DNA from: Ignavibacteriota bacterium
GTDB lineage: Bacteria > Bacteroidota > Ignavibacteria > UBA10030 > UBA6906
Assembly: GCA_963748405.1 (NCBI GenBank)
Contig: CAVVIT010000002.1
Span: 276,976 to 340,975 of the forward strand
Length of the DNA stretch: 64,000 bases
Direction of reading: 5' to 3'
Shown: piece by piece, positions 1 to 9,364 of the stretch
How positions within the stretch are numbered: the stretch's first letter is position 1
Layout of the letters: each line of letters opens with the position of its first letter
The notes under the pieces: generated by a model
Seen by the model: the letters and a program-made list of their open reading frames with translations, nothing else
Databases searched by the model: none
What the model was told of the DNA's origin: nothing
Program-made: the position numbers and the translations under genes

Positions 1-17
1 GGGGGATCATTCTGACG

Positions 18-1295
18 ATGACACCGGCACGGAGTCTTGTGCTCTGGCTTGTTCTTCTGTGCGGATCCGGGGAGGCCATTGCCCAGGGGAAGATCCTTAT
101 CCCCATGGATCTGACGCAGACCGATCACCTGAAAGCGTACGGGATCGCCTACATGGCGCTCTCCCGCGGGCTGGAGATCGACTGGCTGCTGAACTACCGC
201 GGGGGGTCGTTCATGCTCGACGCCCACGATTTCGTCTCGAGCGAGTGTCTGGTCCGGGGCGTTTCGTTCACCGAGGAGTCCGCCTCCGCGGCCTCAGCGA
301 TATACGCCGAAGTGCAGCGGGACGACAACAACATGGACGTGGTGCGTCTGGAAAAGGCGCCCCGCGTGGCGGTGTACGTCCCCCCCGGCTTCCAGCCGTG
401 GGACGACGCGGTCACGCTGGCCCTGGACTATGCCCAGATCAAATACGACAAGCTGTGGGACGACGAGGTCCTTGCGGGAAAACTCGCGGACTACGACTGG
501 CTCCACCTGCATCACGAGGACTTCACCGGGCAATACGGCAAATTCTATGCGTCCTTCGCCGGGGCTGCCTGGTACCAGGCGCAGGTGGCGCAGCTCGAGC
601 AGGAGGCGCACAAACTCGGGTTCAAGAAGGTCTCCGAGGAGAAGAAGGCCGTGGCCCGGGCAATCGCCCGGTTCGTCGCGGCGGGGGGATTCATGTTCGC
701 CATGTGTTCGGCCACCGATACGTTTGACATCGCGCTTGCGGCCGAGAACACGGACATCTGCGACGTCATGTACGACGGCGACCCCCCCGATCCCGACTTT
801 CAGGCGAAGCTCGACTTCGGCAAAACGCTCGCGTTCACCGGGTTTACGGTCGAGAAGAACCCCCTGCGCTACGAGTATTCGGACATCGACGAGCCACCCA
901 GCGACATGCTCGGCACGCAGAATCCCGAAACCGACTACTTCACGCTCTTCGAGTTCTCGGCGAAATACGATCCGGTCCCCACGATGCTGACCCAGAACCA
1001 CGTCAACGTCATCAAGGGGTTCATGGGGCAGACCACCGGTTTCAGGAAGAGCCTCATCAAGACCAGCGTCACGATCCTCGCGGAGAAGCAGGGGACGGAC
1101 GAGGTGAAGTATCTCCACGGCAACTTCGGACGCGGCACGTTCACGTTTTACGGCGGTCACGACCCGGAAGACTACCAGCATGCCGTCGGGAACCCGCCGA
1201 CCGATCTCGCGCTTCACAAAAATTCCCCCGGCTACCGCCTGATTCTCAACAACATCCTCTTCCCCGCGGCGCGGAAGAAACAGCAGAAAACATAA
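18..1295 (+). CDS. hypothetical secreted protein (signal peptide; an AMCSATD motif faintly suggests a class-I glutamine-amidotransferase-like fold)
   Basis: Intact 425-aa ORF with ATG at 18. Hydrophobic N-terminus LVLWLVLLCGSGEAIAQ. No family recognised with confidence. Confidence 0.6.
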   Translation: MTPARSLVLWLVLLCGSGEAIAQGKILIPMDLTQTDHLKAYGIAYMALSRGLEIDWLLNYRGGSFMLDAHDFVSSECLVRGVSFTEESASAASAIYAEVQRDDNNMDVVRLEKAPRVAVYVPPGFQPWDDAVTLALDYAQIKYDKLWDDEVLAGKLADYDWLHLHHEDFTGQYGKFYASFAGAAWYQAQVAQLEQEAHKLGFKKVSEEKKAVARAIARFVAAGGFMFAMCSATDTFDIALAAENTDICDVMYDGDPPDPDFQAKLDFGKTLAFTGFTVEKNPLRYEYSDIDEPPSDMLGTQNPETDYFTLFEFSAKYDPVPTMLTQNHVNVIKGFMGQTTGFRKSLIKTSVTILAEKQGTDEVKYLHGNFGRGTFTFYGGHDPEDYQHAVGNPPTDLALHKNSPGYRLILNNILFPAARKKQQKT

Positions 1296-1320
1296 CCTCA
1301 CAACTCCGGAGAGACTGACA

Positions 1321-1968
1321 ATGAAACGCATCATCCTGTCGACCGCCGTGCTCATCGCGCTTGCGTCGGTGTCCACGGACGCCCTTGCGCTCGGCCCGGG
1401 ATTCGAATTCGGCGTCCACGCCAACTTTACGAGCAGCAATTTCCCGGGACCCTCCGTCAGCGGCACGAACCAGCAGATCAGCAGCGCCTACGGCGCGGGC
1501 TGGGGCGGGGGCGTGCACGCGGACGCCAACCTCATGGTCTTCAGCTTCCGTCTTTCGGCGGATTATATCCACTACGCCATCGACGAAAGCAAATTCCGGG
1601 ATTCATTCCGCCCGTTCCTCGGCGGGATTGTCGACCAGCTGTCCATCAACGGGGGCGGGCTCGGGATCGTCAGCGTCTCCATCAACGGCAAGATGCCGGT
1701 GCTTCCTCTCCCGGTGATCACCCCCTATCTCACCGGCGGGGTGGGGCTCGCGTGGCTGACCCGCGATCAGGTGACGACATCGCTTCCGGGGATCACCGGC
1801 GCAACGATCCCGTCGGCGACGCAGGGAGGCAAGACGGCCGTCGACGTCGGTCTGGGCGTCGACGTGAAGATCGGCATCAAGCTCTTTCTCGAAGTGAAAT
1901 ATGCCTGGATCTTCACCGATGTGAACACCTCGACGTACGTGCCGGTGACCATCGGCGTGACATTCTGA
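1321..1968 (+). CDS. outer-membrane beta-barrel (porin/OmpA-like) protein
   Basis: 215 aa. Signal peptide MKRIILSTAVLIALASVSTDALA, Gly/aromatic-rich alternating beta pattern, C-terminal ...VTF. Confidence 0.65.
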   Translation: MKRIILSTAVLIALASVSTDALALGPGFEFGVHANFTSSNFPGPSVSGTNQQISSAYGAGWGGGVHADANLMVFSFRLSADYIHYAIDESKFRDSFRPFLGGIVDQLSINGGGLGIVSVSINGKMPVLPLPVITPYLTGGVGLAWLTRDQVTTSLPGITGATIPSATQGGKTAVDVGLGVDVKIGIKLFLEVKYAWIFTDVNTSTYVPVTIGVTF

Positions 1969-3409
1969 GTCCCCGCGCCGCCGCCCGCACGCCGGGGGGA
2001 GCCGTCACCGGGCAGAGGCGGCACCGGGCGCGCGAGCAGTACAGCCTGTAGATGTGGAGCATCCCCTGGAGTTCCACGTGAGACCAGGGGACGTCCCTTC
2101 CCCCCGCAAGCGCGGCGTTCATGAGCCGTGACACCGCGTTCTCCGCCGCGGGGGGAAGCGACCGGAGAAGAGCGAGCGCCTCCCGCCGGACGGCACGGTC
2201 CCCGTTGAGCCGTGCATAGAGGAGGAGGACCGGGACGATCCCGTTGACGATGAGCTCGTGAACCCTGGCCGTCCCCAGAGCGATCCCCCCTCCCGATTTT
2301 TCCCCCCTGAAATGCCGGTGCCGCCGCCAGAACCTGTCGGGTGCAATGCGGAGCATCGCCGCGAGCGCCCGGCGGTGCGCATCCCCCGAGGCGTCCGGCC
2401 CCCCGAGCATGTCGAGCATCCGGACCAGGGGGTGACCGTCAAAGAACGACGGCAGGAGGTGGCAGAATGCGGCCAGCCGCGCCGTCGGAAAATTCACCGG
2501 CCGCAGACGGAAGAACATCCAGTCCCCCTCGTGAAGCGGAGTGATGCCGCAGCGGAAGCGGAGGGAGCGCCACAGGCGTCCGAGAATTCCCGCGCGCACG
2601 CGGCACGCGCGGTCCCCCGCCGGTACGGCGGACGGAAGCAGACCCGCGGCTCCGAAGAGGATCGCCTGGATTCTGAGCGCGTTTCCCTCCGCCTGCGCCA
2701 GGAGGAGGGAGAGCGGCACCCGGCGGGCGAGCGCAAGAAACGGGATCCGGTTTCGCGCATACCCCATTCCTTCCAGGAGACACTCGTACAGAATCTGGTC
2801 CCATGCGGGCGAGTCCCCGCGGGAGGCGGGAGGGGACCCCGGACGGGATTCTTCGCCGCACTCCGCGGCGATCTGGGAGAACCGCCTTCCCAGGGAGCGC
2901 ACCCTCAGGTTGATCCTCCTTCGTCCCGCGGCGCTGAAGATGTGCGTGAGGACTGCAGTCGGGATATTCCCCTTCACGTTCCGGCACGGAAGAGCCGCGC
3001 GTTCGCCGCGGCGCATCGCGCGGCGGCACCTCCCGTAGAGCAGAGGATCGACGCGGGGGGAGAGGACGACGAGCGGAACGGAGCGTCCCGCGGCGGTGCG
3101 CAGCGGAGGCCCCGGCGGGGGAGGAAGGTATACGACGTGGAGAATCACGCCGTTGTAATGCGGGTCAGCGTCGTGGCCGTGCGCGCGCCAGGAACCCGCC
3201 CTGATGTGGAGCTCCACGTCTCCCCGGTAGAGCACCCCGCCGATCCGGATCAAGGCGCCGGTGAAATCCGGGCCCCCGTCCGTGTTCGCACGGCCGGGAA
3301 ACCGGACCGCGACGCGCGCGCCGTCCGACGTGAAGAGAGCGGAAGAGGAAAACAACCGGTGCTGCCAGACGCAGCGGAGGAATCGTTCGGGGATGCGCGC
3401 TGAAGCCAT
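1913..3409 (-). CDS. DUF2851 family protein
   Basis: 498 aa. N-terminus FLRCVWQHRLF...HGHDADPHYNGVILHVVY matches the conserved DUF2851 N-terminal signature. Its 3' end overlaps the convergent gene at 1321..1968 by 56 bp. Confidence 0.75.
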   Translation of the reverse strand: MASARIPERFLRCVWQHRLFSSSALFTSDGARVAVRFPGRANTDGGPDFTGALIRIGGVLYRGDVELHIRAGSWRAHGHDADPHYNGVILHVVYLPPPPGPPLRTAAGRSVPLVVLSPRVDPLLYGRCRRAMRRGERAALPCRNVKGNIPTAVLTHIFSAAGRRRINLRVRSLGRRFSQIAAECGEESRPGSPPASRGDSPAWDQILYECLLEGMGYARNRIPFLALARRVPLSLLLAQAEGNALRIQAILFGAAGLLPSAVPAGDRACRVRAGILGRLWRSLRFRCGITPLHEGDWMFFRLRPVNFPTARLAAFCHLLPSFFDGHPLVRMLDMLGGPDASGDAHRRALAAMLRIAPDRFWRRHRHFRGEKSGGGIALGTARVHELIVNGIVPVLLLYARLNGDRAVRREALALLRSLPPAAENAVSRLMNAALAGGRDVPWSHVELQGMLHIYRLYCSRARCRLCPVTAPPGVRAAARGLRMSRRWSPARTSRCSHR

Positions 3410-3459
3410 GCGGAGCCTTCAGTTCCCATCCCCCGGGATGGGTGTGTGAGAGGGGCGCT

Positions 3460-4284
3460 CTACCGGGGGAAGTACTTCCGTCGGTAGACGTTCATTTCGT
3501 CCCGCAGGGCACGCGCCGCTTCCCTGGCCGCACGGGCAAAATCTTCCCCGCGCGACGCGTAGATGATGCTCCTGCTGGCGTTGACGATCGCCATCGTCCC
3601 GTCCGCGGCGCAGCCGTACCGTACCGCGGAGCGCACGTCCCCACCCTGCGCGCCCACACCCGGGATCAGGAGCGGCATGCCGGGGACGAGAGAGCGAATG
3701 CGCTTCAGGTCCTTCGGCCGGGTTGCGCCGACGACAAGCCCGCAGTTGTTGCGAGTGTTCCACTTCCGGGCCCGTGCGATCACGTGCTCGTAGAGCGGCT
3801 TTCCCCGCACCGGGAGATACTGAAAATCGCGCGCCCCCGGGTTCGACGTAAGCGCGAGAACGAACGCTCCCTGCCGTGAATTCTTCAGAAACGGCGCCAC
3901 CGAATCACCCCCCATGTACGGGTTGACGGTGGACGCCGCGAACTCGTAGTCGTCGACGAAGAGCTTCGCATAGCGTTCGGAGGAATTGCCGATGTCCCCG
4001 CGCTTCCCGTCCCCGATCGTCACGATCTCTTCCGGGATCCGGGCGAGCGTCTGGTGGACCGTGTACCATCCGTGTTCCCCCGTCACCTCGTAGAACGCAA
4101 GGTTGATCTTGTAGGCACAGACGAGATCCTTTGTTGCATCGATGATCCTGCGGTTGAACTCATAGACGGGATCGCCCCACTCGAAGAGGAACTCGGGTAT
4201 CCTGTCGATATCGGTATCCAGCCCGATGCACAGGAGGCTGTCGTTGTTCTTCTGGATCCTGCGCAGCTTCTGGTAGAAGTTCAT
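3460..4284 (-). CDS. pyrF: orotidine 5'-phosphate decarboxylase (long, type 2 form)
   Basis: 274 aa. N-terminus LRRIQKNNDSLLCIGLDTD..., typical OMP decarboxylase length and motifs. Confidence 0.85.
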   Translation of the reverse strand: MNFYQKLRRIQKNNDSLLCIGLDTDIDRIPEFLFEWGDPVYEFNRRIIDATKDLVCAYKINLAFYEVTGEHGWYTVHQTLARIPEEIVTIGDGKRGDIGNSSERYAKLFVDDYEFAASTVNPYMGGDSVAPFLKNSRQGAFVLALTSNPGARDFQYLPVRGKPLYEHVIARARKWNTRNNCGLVVGATRPKDLKRIRSLVPGMPLLIPGVGAQGGDVRSAVRYGCAADGTMAIVNASRSIIYASRGEDFARAAREAARALRDEMNVYRRKYFPR

Positions 4285-4305
4285 GCCCGTTCCTCCGGAA
4301 TGCGT

Positions 4306-5148
4306 TCAGCGGGTGTGCCACGAAGGGGCGATATCCCCTTTGAACGACAGCACGGTGTCCGTGTGCGTCGAAAGCGAGAACCGGCATATCCCCCCCTTTC
4401 TTGCGGCGAGAATAACCCCCGGCGTTGCCGTGTAGCACGGCGTCCGCTCGTCGACGCCGTCCGTCGTCAGCCGCGTCTGGCCGCCGCCGTCGACCGCCAT
4501 CGTATAGACCTGCAGCCGGCCGTCCCTGTCGGAGACGAACATGATCTCCTTCCCCTCGGCGGAGAGCACAGGGGAAAAACTGTCGTGGTCGGGACCCGTC
4601 AGGGGCGTTGCCTTCCGTGTGGCGATGTCGATGGCGGCGATCGTCAGCCGCGCCCTGGTGTTCACCGTCACGATCACGGTTTTTCCGTCCGGCGTGAGGA
4701 GCGGAGTGTCCTTGACGAGCGAATCCGCGGTCAGGCGTTCCGTGCCGCTCCCGTCGGGGTTCATCCTGTACACGTCGCCGTAAATCTCGTCCCGGGTCGA
4801 GATGAAGAGGATCTTGTCCCCGCGCGGGGACCAGGAGGGGGCGGTGTTGGCGCCCGAGCCCTTCGTCAGCTGCTTCAGATCCGACCCGTCCGGCGCCATC
4901 GTATAGATGTCCCACGTCCCGTCCCTGTCGGAGGCGAACGCGATGCGTGCGCCGTCGGGGGACCAGCACGGGGTGATGTCGTTCGCGGCATTCTCCGTCA
5001 GCCTCCGCTGTCCGGCGCCCTGCGCATCCATGGTGTAGATCTCGAAATTGCCGTCGCGGTTGGACTGGAACGCGATCACGCCGTCCTGCTGCCGCGTACA
5101 TCCGGACAGCGCGAGGATCAAGAGGAGAGGAAACGTCGGCCTGTTCAT
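4306..5148 (-). CDS. TolB-like PD40/WD40-like beta-propeller lipoprotein
   Basis: Start ATG at 5148 overlaps the upstream stop as ATGA. The ORF is open further 5' but MNRPTFPLLLILALSGC has a lipobox. Repeated PD40 units (SPDG..IAF.SDRDG...IY). Confidence 0.75.
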   Translation of the reverse strand: MNRPTFPLLLILALSGCTRQQDGVIAFQSNRDGNFEIYTMDAQGAGQRRLTENAANDITPCWSPDGARIAFASDRDGTWDIYTMAPDGSDLKQLTKGSGANTAPSWSPRGDKILFISTRDEIYGDVYRMNPDGSGTERLTADSLVKDTPLLTPDGKTVIVTVNTRARLTIAAIDIATRKATPLTGPDHDSFSPVLSAEGKEIMFVSDRDGRLQVYTMAVDGGGQTRLTTDGVDERTPCYTATPGVILAARKGGICRFSLSTHTDTVLSFKGDIAPSWHTR

Positions 5149-5576
5149 TGCGGCTCCTGTTCGGTGAACTGCGTGTACTGGGCGATCACCTGTTCGGGGA
5201 TCGGCATGGCTCTTCCCGATGCCGTGCTGATCATCGTGTTGACGATCGAGCCCTCGGCGGCGATCTTCATCGTGGATTTGCGGAATATCTGGAACCGGAC
5301 GAGCGCGTCGCTCCCGGCGAACGAGTCGAGCCACGTGCGGACGACGGCCGTCTCTCCGGTCGCAAGGGGCCGCTTGAACTCGATCCGGCACGATTTCACA
5401 AACCATCCCCATCCGTTCTCCGTGAATCGCTCCATCGGCATGCCGTAGCACCGGTTCATCTGGTCGAACCGGGCCGCGAGCACGTAGTCCATGTAGCGCG
5501 AGGTGTGGACGTGGTTGTTCATGTCGATGTCGTCGGGGCGGACAGCGATCTCGGAATCGAATTTGCGGTAGGCCAT
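5145..5576 (-). CDS. acyl-CoA thioesterase, 4HBT/YbgC-FadM family
   Basis: 143 aa. Hotdog-fold thioesterase signature (VRPDDIDMNNHVHTSRY...). Confidence 0.75.
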   Translation of the reverse strand: MAYRKFDSEIAVRPDDIDMNNHVHTSRYMDYVLAARFDQMNRCYGMPMERFTENGWGWFVKSCRIEFKRPLATGETAVVRTWLDSFAGSDALVRFQIFRKSTMKIAAEGSIVNTMISTASGRAMPIPEQVIAQYTQFTEQEPQ

Positions 5577-5602
5577 AACCGTGGGGGCGGAATAGTTGGC
5601 GG

Positions 5603-6454
5603 TCAGTGCCCTGCGGAATACCGTGACCGCGTTTCTTCGCTCAGGACCTCGTTCATCGACCCGGTGCGGTAGCCCTGCAGGTCGAGCGTGACGTAGATGA
5701 AGCCCAGCTCCCGCAGGGCACCGACGATCTCCCCGCGGAGACCGGGTTCCAGGATCCGGGGGAACTCCGACGGGCTGACCTCGATCCGGGCGGTGCTTGC
5801 ATCGTGAAACCGGACGCGGAATGCGCGGAAGCCGCGGTCGCGGAACAGCGACTCCGCGCGGTCAACGCGCGTGAGATTCTCCCGCGTGATCGCCGTGCCG
5901 TACGGAAACCGGGAGGAGAGGCAGGCGAAGGAGGGCTTGTCCCAGGTCGGCAGCCCCAGGTGTTTCGAGATCTCGCGCACCTCGGCCTTGGAGAGCCCGG
6001 CCTCGAGCAGCGGGGAGCGCACTTCCTTTTCGGCTTTCGCCTTCATCCCGGGACGGAAATCGCCGACGTCGTCGGTGATCGTGCCGTCGGCGATCCAGCG
6101 GAGCCCCTCCCGCTCGGCGATCGCGCCCAATTTTCCGAAGAGCTCCGTCTTGCAGAAATAGCAGCGGTCGGCGGGATTTTCCCTGAACTTCAGGTCGTCG
6201 GTTTCTTCCGTTCGCACGATGATCGCGCGCGCGCCGATCGCGGCGGCGATGGAGACCGCTTCTTCGAATTCCCTCGTCGGGTACGTTTCCGAGCGGCCGA
6301 TCATCGCGACCGCGCGCCCGCCGAGCGTGTCGGCGGCGACCTTCAGGAGGAGCGTGCTGTCCACCCCCCCGGAATACCCGATGGCCACGCTCTCCATGGA
6401 CCGCAGGATGTCCGTGAGCCGGTCATATTTCAACGCAATCGCCTCAGAAAGCAT
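5603..6454 (-). CDS. larE: ATP-dependent sacrificial sulfur transferase LarE (PP-loop ATP pyrophosphatase)
   Basis: 283 aa. PP-loop SGGVDS, CYFCK motif, LarE-like C-terminal domain. Confidence 0.8.
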   Translation of the reverse strand: MLSEAIALKYDRLTDILRSMESVAIGYSGGVDSTLLLKVAADTLGGRAVAMIGRSETYPTREFEEAVSIAAAIGARAIIVRTEETDDLKFRENPADRCYFCKTELFGKLGAIAEREGLRWIADGTITDDVGDFRPGMKAKAEKEVRSPLLEAGLSKAEVREISKHLGLPTWDKPSFACLSSRFPYGTAITRENLTRVDRAESLFRDRGFRAFRVRFHDASTARIEVSPSEFPRILEPGLRGEIVGALRELGFIYVTLDLQGYRTGSMNEVLSEETRSRYSAGH

Positions 6455-6489
6455 CTTCCCTCCTTGATCGGACTGTCGAACGGGCGGTG

Positions 6490-6527
6490 AAAAAAAACGA
6501 CCTCGTCCCTGGATCAGAACAAGGTCG
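6490..6527 (-). terminator. putative rho-independent terminator for the TPR gene (minus strand)
   Basis: On the minus strand: CGACCT...AGGTCG stem followed by T8 (A8 on the plus strand at 6490-6497), just downstream of the stop at 6552. Confidence 0.5.
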
Positions 6528-6551
6528 GCATGAACGGGCGGACACCGGGCC

Positions 6552-7976
6552 TCACTTGCGGAGGAGGCTCTTGAACTCTTTGATCGATCTGACCCCGGGG
6601 AATTCCTCCTCGAACTGCTTCCGCTTGCCCGGATCGAGCTTGAACGAATTCTTCAGCGATTCCACCGCTTCGTACACCCGGTTCATCACCAGGAGCACCT
6701 TCGCCCTGCTGTAGAAGGCTTCCGCCGCGTACGGGTTGGCCTCGACGGAGCGGTCGAACGACTTCAATGCCTGCTTCAGGTACCCGAGCTCGAAGAGCGT
6801 CTCCCCGTAGTCGAGCCACGCCTCGTAGTTCTTCGGTTCGAGTTTTGTGACCATCCGGTAGCTCAGGAGCGACTCGCGCGGCTTCCCCATGTTGTACAGG
6901 AGGTCGGCCTTCGCGTACCAGAGTTCCGGGTAGTCCTTGCAGAGCCCGAGCGCCTTGTTGTAGTCGGCGAGCGCCTTGCGCCACTGTTCGAGTGCGTCAT
7001 GGCAGCTTCCGCGGCCGAAGTACGACTCGTAGTGCGCGGGCTCGTTCTTGATCGCCTGCGTGAAGCACTTGATCGCGTCTTCGTATTCCCCCAGCTCCTC
7101 GTAGGCGTTCCCGAGGTTGTGCCATGCCGGCACGTCCTTGTCGTCCTGCTGGAGCGTCTGCCGGTAGCACGCGATCGCATCCTGGAGCCTTCCCAGGTTG
7201 GCGAAGGCGTTCCCTTTATTGTACCAGGCAGAAGGGAATTTTTCGTGGATGGCCAGCGCAGTATCGTAACTCTCGATCGCCAGGTTGTATTGCATCATGC
7301 GGTTGAGCACGATGCCCCTGTTGTACCAGGCGTTGAAATTATAGGGGTCGCGGTTCAGATGCTCGTCGTAGCAGCGGAGGGATTCGGCGGGTTTGTCGAG
7401 GTAATCGAAGCAATACCCCATCTCGTACCAGGCATCCTTGTGGTCCGGGTTGCCGTCGAGTATGAACCTGAAAATCTGGGCTCCCTCCTCGTATTGCCCC
7501 GTTTTTTCGAGGGAGATCCCCTTGTTGAAGAGGGCGTCCTCCTGGGACGGGTCGATTTCCAGCGCCCCGTTAAAGCTCGCGATCGCCTCCTCGAACCTTC
7601 CCAGGTCGTCGAGCGTGATCCCCTTGTTCACGAGGACCTCCGGATCCACCGGGTTCAGCCGGAGCGCCGTTTCGTAGGCTTCGAGGGCCTCCTCGTATTT
7701 GTACAGGTTCGCCAGGATGAGCCCCTTTCTGTGCCAGAAATCGGAGCTGTACGGCACAATGACCAGGAGCTGGTTGACGAAATGGAGGGCGTCCTCGTAC
7801 TTTTCGTTGTCGAAATAATAATTGACGATCTCTTCGAGCGCTTCGGCGTTCGTGATCCCGGAAGAGCCGTCTTTGAGGGAGTCCCGGTACTTCTTCAGTT
7901 CGTCCTCGAAGCGCTCCCGCCGCCCCTGATCGTCCTCAGGGTCGTCGTCAAAATTACCGAAATCGAGGATGCTCAT
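6552..7976 (-). CDS. tetratricopeptide-repeat (TPR) protein
   Basis: About 475 aa from the ATG at 7976 (MSILDFG...). More than 10 canonical TPR units (W..G.......A...Y..AL.L.P). Confidence 0.8.
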   Translation of the reverse strand: MSILDFGNFDDDPEDDQGRRERFEDELKKYRDSLKDGSSGITNAEALEEIVNYYFDNEKYEDALHFVNQLLVIVPYSSDFWHRKGLILANLYKYEEALEAYETALRLNPVDPEVLVNKGITLDDLGRFEEAIASFNGALEIDPSQEDALFNKGISLEKTGQYEEGAQIFRFILDGNPDHKDAWYEMGYCFDYLDKPAESLRCYDEHLNRDPYNFNAWYNRGIVLNRMMQYNLAIESYDTALAIHEKFPSAWYNKGNAFANLGRLQDAIACYRQTLQQDDKDVPAWHNLGNAYEELGEYEDAIKCFTQAIKNEPAHYESYFGRGSCHDALEQWRKALADYNKALGLCKDYPELWYAKADLLYNMGKPRESLLSYRMVTKLEPKNYEAWLDYGETLFELGYLKQALKSFDRSVEANPYAAEAFYSRAKVLLVMNRVYEAVESLKNSFKLDPGKRKQFEEEFPGVRSIKEFKSLLRK

Positions 7977-8051
7977 TCGCTGTTCCTTACAAGCCTGCTT
8001 CATCAAGTAAATCAAAAAACAGTGGTAAGTCAAGGAACGCCCGCCTCTTCG

Positions 8052-8080
8052 TTGATTTTCAGATGGCAATGGATTATATT
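8052..8080 (+). promoter_or_regulatory. candidate sigma70 promoter (TTGATT-17-TATATT) for yggS
   Basis: -35 TTGATT at 8052-8057, 17-nt spacer, -10 TATATT at 8075-8080, 16 nt before the yggS ATG. Sits in an AT-richer divergent intergenic region. Confidence 0.35.
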
Positions 8081-8096
8081 AAACTCTTGATTTTGA

Positions 8097-8810
8097 ATGA
8101 TTTCTGACAATATCAACTCGATCCGGGAGAGGATATCCCGGGCATGCCTGCGGGCGGGCCGGTCCCCTTCCGAGGTGACGCTCATTGCCGTGGCCAAGAC
8201 ATTTCCCGCCGTTGCGGTGCGAGAGGCGGCCGATGCCGGCGCCGCGGACGTGGGGGAAAATTACGTCCAGGAGCTGCTGGCCAAGAAGAGCGAGCTCCGG
8301 GAATTGCCGGTCCGCTGGCACTTCATCGGCCACCTGCAGTCGAACAAGGTCAAAGAGATCGCCCCCTGGATTCACATGATCCACGCGGTCGATTCGCTCC
8401 CCCTGGCCCTCGAGATCGACCGCCGCGCGGCGAAGGCCGGCAGGACGATCGAGTGCCTGATCGAAGTCAACACCACGGGGGAGGAGACGAAATTCGGCGT
8501 TCCCCCGGAACGGGCCGGGGCGCTTGTCAGGAGCCTGGCCCCGTGCGATCACATCGAGGTGGCGGGGCTCATGACGATCGGGCCGTTTCTCCCCGAGGCG
8601 GAAGGGTCCCGTCCGATGTTCCGCACGCTGCGGGAGCTCGGGGGGGAGATCGGTTCGTTCGGGCAGGCCAATGTCACGATGCGCCACCTCTCGATGGGGA
8701 TGACGGGAGATTTCGAGGTGGCCATCGACGAAGGAGCGACGCTCATCAGGATCGGGACCGCCATATTCGGACCGAGAACAAGAGCTGAACATCAGCGGAG
8801 GACTCCATGA
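8097..8810 (+). CDS. yggS: YggS-family pyridoxal-phosphate homeostasis protein
   Basis: 237 aa. Characteristic N-terminal signature; alanine-racemase-fold PLP-binding domain. Confidence 0.85.
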   Translation: MISDNINSIRERISRACLRAGRSPSEVTLIAVAKTFPAVAVREAADAGAADVGENYVQELLAKKSELRELPVRWHFIGHLQSNKVKEIAPWIHMIHAVDSLPLALEIDRRAAKAGRTIECLIEVNTTGEETKFGVPPERAGALVRSLAPCDHIEVAGLMTIGPFLPEAEGSRPMFRTLRELGGEIGSFGQANVTMRHLSMGMTGDFEVAIDEGATLIRIGTAIFGPRTRAEHQRRTP

Positions 8811-9364
8811 AGCTCACACCGCTCGATATCCGGAAGCAGGAATTCAAGAAGCTGATGCGGGGATACGACCCCGTCGAGGTCGACACGTTCATGGAAATGG
8901 TCGCCGCGGACCTGGAGGAGGCCCTCCGGGTTCAGAAGGAATCCCGCGACCGGATCATCGAGCTCGAAACCCAGCTCAAAGACTACCGTCAGATAGAAAA
9001 GACGCTCCAGCAGACCCTCCTGCAGGCGCAGGAAGCGACCGGCAGGACGTACGAATCGGCCCGGCGCGAGTCGGAGACGATCATCCGGGAGGCGGAATCC
9101 CGCGGCGCAAAGATCGTGGAGCAGGCCAATGCCGACCTGGCGAAGCTGAATGCCGAGATCCACAGGCTGAACTCGAGGAAAGAATCGCTCATCGGGAGGC
9201 TGCGGGTGCTCCTCTCCTCGGAGCTGGACCTGCTCAAGACGCTGGACATGGGGGGGGCGGAAGATCTCGGGGTCGGGTCCTCCCTGGGGACGGGGAAAGA
9301 ATCGGTCGAGGTCGAGAGCATACTGAAGAACATGGACAATGACAGAACTCCGCAAGCGCATTGA
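8807..9364 (+). CDS. divIVA: DivIVA domain cell-division protein
   Basis: N-terminus [29 protein letters not shown] is the canonical DivIVA start, followed by coiled coil. Confidence 0.85.
   Translation: MKLTPLDIRKQEFKKLMRGYDPVEVDTFMEMVAADLEEALRVQKESRDRIIELETQLKDYRQIEKTLQQTLLQAQEATGRTYESARRESETIIREAESRGAKIVEQANADLAKLNAEIHRLNSRKESLIGRLRVLLSSELDLLKTLDMGGAEDLGVGSSLGTGKESVEVESILKNMDNDRTPQAH

Noticed and set aside
2258-3403. Long antisense ORFs (e.g. 2258..3403 +, 4054..5448 +, 8079..8792 -, 10166..12529 -, 14452..15510 -, 19896..22187 -, 24745..26418 -, 32232..33575 -, 33418..36336 -, 61872..63539 -)
   Set aside because: Each lies opposite a gene with clear homology-type signatures. They are Arg/Pro/Gly-rich low-complexity translations, as expected from a stop-codon-poor ~67% GC sequence, and show no domain signatures.
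9250-9257. G8 and C7 homopolymers inside divIVA (9250-9257), rluD (15564-15570) and the HIT-like gene (36690-36696) as possible frameshift sites
   Set aside because: All three are in-frame in this sequence and the encoded proteins read through normally. Only the run at 39174-39180 disrupts a gene.
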